NCBI GenBank assembly: GCA_036507075.1
Contig: DASXQR010000162.1
Coordinates: 1 to 25,546 of the forward strand
DNA length: 25,546 nucleotides
Source: Acidobacteriota bacterium
Lineage (GTDB): Bacteria; Acidobacteriota; UBA6911; JACQSX01
Direction: 5' to 3'
Shown: one piece after another, positions 22,543 through 25,546 of the stretch
Layout of the letters: the number at the start of each line of letters is the position of its first letter
Numbering within the stretch: the stretch's first letter is position 1
The notes under the pieces: generated by a model
What the model saw: the letters and a program-made list of their open reading frames with translations, nothing else
Told to the model about the DNA's origin: nothing
The model's database searches: none
Made by a program: the position numbers and the translations under genes

Positions 22543-25533
22543 CTACTTCTTCAAAGCCTTTTCCAAATCCGCGAAGTTAAAAATCGAATCACGAACCAGC
22601 ATCATCTTTCGCCGGCCCGACCTTTGATCAAGGATGTACTTGGACTTGTCGCCCAGCGCGGCTTCCACAGCTTCCAGATAAAGGCGCGTGCGGGTAGTCT
22701 GCGGCGCAGTTCGATAGGCGTCGTACTGCAAGTTGAAGCGCTGCGCTTCTCCCGTGCCGCGATTGACGCGCCGCATGCGGTAAGCTTCCGCCTCAATCTG
22801 TCTTTTCTGCGATTCCCCGCGCGCCAGCGGAAGGCGCTCGTTGGCGTAAGCCTGCGCCTGGTTGATCATGCGGTTCTTTTCCTCCAGAGCGCCGGCCACC
22901 TCGCGGAAAGACCCCACCACCTCCAGCGCCGGATGCACATCCTGGAGATTGAACGACAGCACCTGTACTCCCAGGTTGAGCCTGGAAGCTTCCTGCTCTG
23001 TCATCTGCGCCGCCAGCCGCTCTACCTCATCGCGGTCCAGCGCCAGCACCTGATCAAGAGACATGAAGCCCACCACATAGCGCAAAGATCCTTCGCACAC
23101 GGCTCTCAACGCCCCCTGCAGATTGTCTAATGCGAATAGATAACGCTTCGGGTCCCGGATTGAATACTGGACGATGGCGTTGACTTCCACCAGGTATTCG
23201 TCTCCCGTGAGCATCAAAGCTTCATCAGGCCGGCGGATGTAGCCGCCCTGGCGATGCTGGATATTCCACTCGTATGCGGCCGGCTCCATCCGGGCTGCCG
23301 GATCGCTCGCGATGCGAAAGCCGATCTCAAGCGAATTGACCCGCGCCGGCCGGATTCTATGCAAACGCTCTACCGGCCATGGCAAAACGTAACGGAGGCC
23401 GGGCAAAAGCGGATGCTCCGAAACGCGGCCGAAGCGCTGCACGATCCCGATCTCATCGGAACGGATTACGGCGACCCCGGACAGCAGGTACAAGGCGGGA
23501 AGTCCCACCGCAGCCGCTCGCAGCCATTCCTTCCGATGCCGGCGCGCCCACTGCGACACAGCGGCAAAGCGAACCGGCGTTCGAATGGAAGCATCCAGAC
23601 GCTTGCGCGCTTCTGCCAGGCGGTGACCGACATGATGGGGCAGCAGGTTCACGGATCTTTTCTGAAGGAGCTTCAGCGAGTTCATCAGCACCAGAAATGA
23701 GGAGCATTGATGCACTACCGCCGCGGCAATCGCGCTCAGGTAACCGGCAAAGGCTGCCAGTACCGCCGTGAGATTTACGATCAGTCCAAACCAGAGGATG
23801 TTGTCCTGGATAGTTTTCAAAGTGCGCCGGCTCGCCCGGATCAACTCGGCCAGGCGGTCCAGTCCTCCCGATCCCATTAACACCACTCCAGCCGCCTCGG
23901 CCGCAATATCGGTTCCCGTGTCGCCCATGGCGATGCCGACATCGGCGGCGGCAAGCGATGGGGAATCATTGACGCCGTCGCCCACCATTGCCACTGTGTA
24001 ATTGCGCTGCTTCAGTTCCTGAAGCCGGGCGAGCTTCTCTTCCGGAAGAAGGTCGGCGTACACTTCGGAGATTCCCACCGCCCGGGCCACGCGTTGAGCT
24101 GCCTGCGCGTGATCGCCGGTAAGCAGGACCGTCTTGTGGATTCCCAGATGCTGAAGCTGATGAATGGCGCGTGCCGATTCCGGGCGCACCGCATCACGCA
24201 GGATGAGCGCGCCGGCGAGCCGGTTCTGCACGCCTATTAGAATCGCAATCGATCCTTCGCCGGCATACCGGCCCAGGGCTTCGCGCTGCGCGTCGGAAAA
24301 TGCGACCCCTTTTTGCTGAAGAAAGCGCGCGCTTCCAACCAGCACATGACCGGCCTGCAGCGTGCCTTCCATTCCCAAACCCGGATATCTCTGCACAGCG
24401 TCAGCATGGCAAGGGACTACGTGCTGCCGGTTGGCGGCGTCCCGGATCGCCTGAGCCAGAAGATGCTCCGAGTGGGACTCGATCGAAGCCGCGAAGGCAA
24501 GCAGATCGTTTCCACGGTAATCGTCAAACGGCACAATCTCGACCAGCTCAGGACGTCCCAGCGTCAATGTTCCGGTCTTGTCGAAGGCCACGCAATTCAC
24601 CTGAGCAAGTCTTTCCAGATGAATCCCGCCTTTAACGATGATTCCGCGTCTGGCCAGCGCGCTGATGGACGCCAGAACCGCCGCGGGGGTGGCGAGCACC
24701 ATGGGGCATGGACAGGCGACGATTAGAATCGCGATGGCGCGCATCCAGTCGCGAGTGATCAGGAAGCAGGCTCCGGCGATCAGCAGCACCAGCGGAAGAA
24801 ACCACCGGGCATAGCGATCCGCGGTGCGCTGAATGGGCGCTTTGTTTTCCCTGGCGTGGCGAACCAGATCGACAATGCGGCTCAAGACGGTCGATTCGCC
24901 CACCTGCACGGCGTGAAGCACCAGCCGGCCGGTCTGGTTGAGCGTGCCGGCGAACACCGCATCGCTCGCGGCGCGCTCGCGCGGAACCGATTCACCCGTG
25001 ATGGAGCTTTCATCCACCAGAGAAATCCCTTCCACTATTTCGCCGTCCACTGGAATGCGCTGGCCCGGGTAGACCAGCACGGTTTCGCCGATGCGAATTT
25101 CTTCCAGGTGAACCTTGTGCTCGGCGCCGTCGCGTATCACGCTGGCATGATGAGGGAGGCAGGAAAGGAGCCGCTTGATGTCGGAGTGGAAGCGTCGCGC
25201 TGCGTACTCTTCCAGCGTTTCGCCCACCAGCATGATGTAAACCACTTCGGCCGCGGCCAGGTACTGGCCGACATAGAGCGCCGCCAGAGCGGCCACCGTC
25301 ACTGCCTGGTCGGCGCTGATTCTCAGAGCGATCGCATCCTGGAAGGATTTCAGGAATGTCCTGTAGCCGAAAACGAACGTGAGCGCGATGGCCAGGTCCC
25401 ATTGGAAGGGAGATCGGATCCATTGCTGCCAGTAGGCGATCAACGTCAGCCCGGCCAGACCCAGGCCTGCAAATCGCCACCGAAAGTTGTGGTCGCCTTC
25501 CAGTTGTGGATTGTGGAGCAGGGGAAAGAACAT
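22543..25533 (-). CDS. P1B-type heavy-metal-translocating ATPase fused to a C-terminal HflK/SPFH domain
   Basis: ATPase motifs PG.RIPVDG, DESSITGES, IVACPCP..LATP, FDKTGTLT, SEHLLA, LTGD, LLPEEK, MVGDGVNDSPSLAAADVGIAM. Then in frame: TM, VQRFGR, PGL...LPWPVE, MLTGDE, LQDVHP..EV..SF.EV.GA.EE..R.INQA.AYAN...P.ARGE, TRTRLYLEAVE. Confidence 0.95.
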   Translation of the reverse strand: MFFPLLHNPQLEGDHNFRWRFAGLGLAGLTLIAYWQQWIRSPFQWDLAIALTFVFGYRTFLKSFQDAIALRISADQAVTVAALAALYVGQYLAAAEVVYIMLVGETLEEYAARRFHSDIKRLLSCLPHHASVIRDGAEHKVHLEEIRIGETVLVYPGQRIPVDGEIVEGISLVDESSITGESVPRERAASDAVFAGTLNQTGRLVLHAVQVGESTVLSRIVDLVRHARENKAPIQRTADRYARWFLPLVLLIAGACFLITRDWMRAIAILIVACPCPMVLATPAAVLASISALARRGIIVKGGIHLERLAQVNCVAFDKTGTLTLGRPELVEIVPFDDYRGNDLLAFAASIESHSEHLLAQAIRDAANRQHVVPCHADAVQRYPGLGMEGTLQAGHVLVGSARFLQQKGVAFSDAQREALGRYAGEGSIAILIGVQNRLAGALILRDAVRPESARAIHQLQHLGIHKTVLLTGDHAQAAQRVARAVGISEVYADLLPEEKLARLQELKQRNYTVAMVGDGVNDSPSLAAADVGIAMGDTGTDIAAEAAGVVLMGSGGLDRLAELIRASRRTLKTIQDNILWFGLIVNLTAVLAAFAGYLSAIAAAVVHQCSSFLVLMNSLKLLQKRSVNLLPHHVGHRLAEARKRLDASIRTPVRFAAVSQWARRHRKEWLRAAAVGLPALYLLSGVAVIRSDEIGIVQRFGRVSEHPLLPGLRYVLPWPVERLHRIRPARVNSLEIGFRIASDPAARMEPAAYEWNIQHRQGGYIRRPDEALMLTGDEYLVEVNAIVQYSIRDPKRYLFALDNLQGALRAVCEGSLRYVVGFMSLDQVLALDRDEVERLAAQMTEQEASRLNLGVQVLSFNLQDVHPALEVVGSFREVAGALEEKNRMINQAQAYANERLPLARGESQKRQIEAEAYRMRRVNRGTGEAQRFNLQYDAYRTAPQTTRTRLYLEAVEAALGDKSKYILDQRSGRRKMMLVRDSIFNFADLEKALKK

Positions 25534-25546
25534 GGTTACTCTTTAA

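Overview
GC-rich bacterial window; the gene content suggests an Acidobacteria-like lineage, but that is inference. From left to right it holds: the left end and first codons of an IS481-family element (1-122, minus); ridA-family and PLP-aminotransferase genes; a minus-strand lysine/diaminopimelate cluster (M20 amidohydrolase-asd-lysC-dapB-dapA-dapD); a secreted multi-EF-hand protein; a GH42-like glycosidase; a leucine/HMG-CoA-type trio (carboxyltransferase with a degenerate C-terminal half, HMG-CoA lyase, enoyl-CoA hydratase); an AAA+/VWA pair; and a minus-strand cluster in which a P1B heavy-metal ATPase is fused to an HflK/SPFH domain and followed by hflC, a second His-tailed hflK and a small membrane-anchored protein. 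Three things stand out. (1) The metal-ATPase-SPFH cluster. (2) Almost every intergenic gap is filled by short-unit (6-10 bp) tandem arrays, usually as inverted arm pairs around a short unique spacer, from several unrelated sequence families, plus GTAG-type REP palindromes. (3) The carboxyltransferase keeps an intact N-domain but has an eroded biotin-side C-domain. All calls come from reading motifs by eye; no database searches were run.
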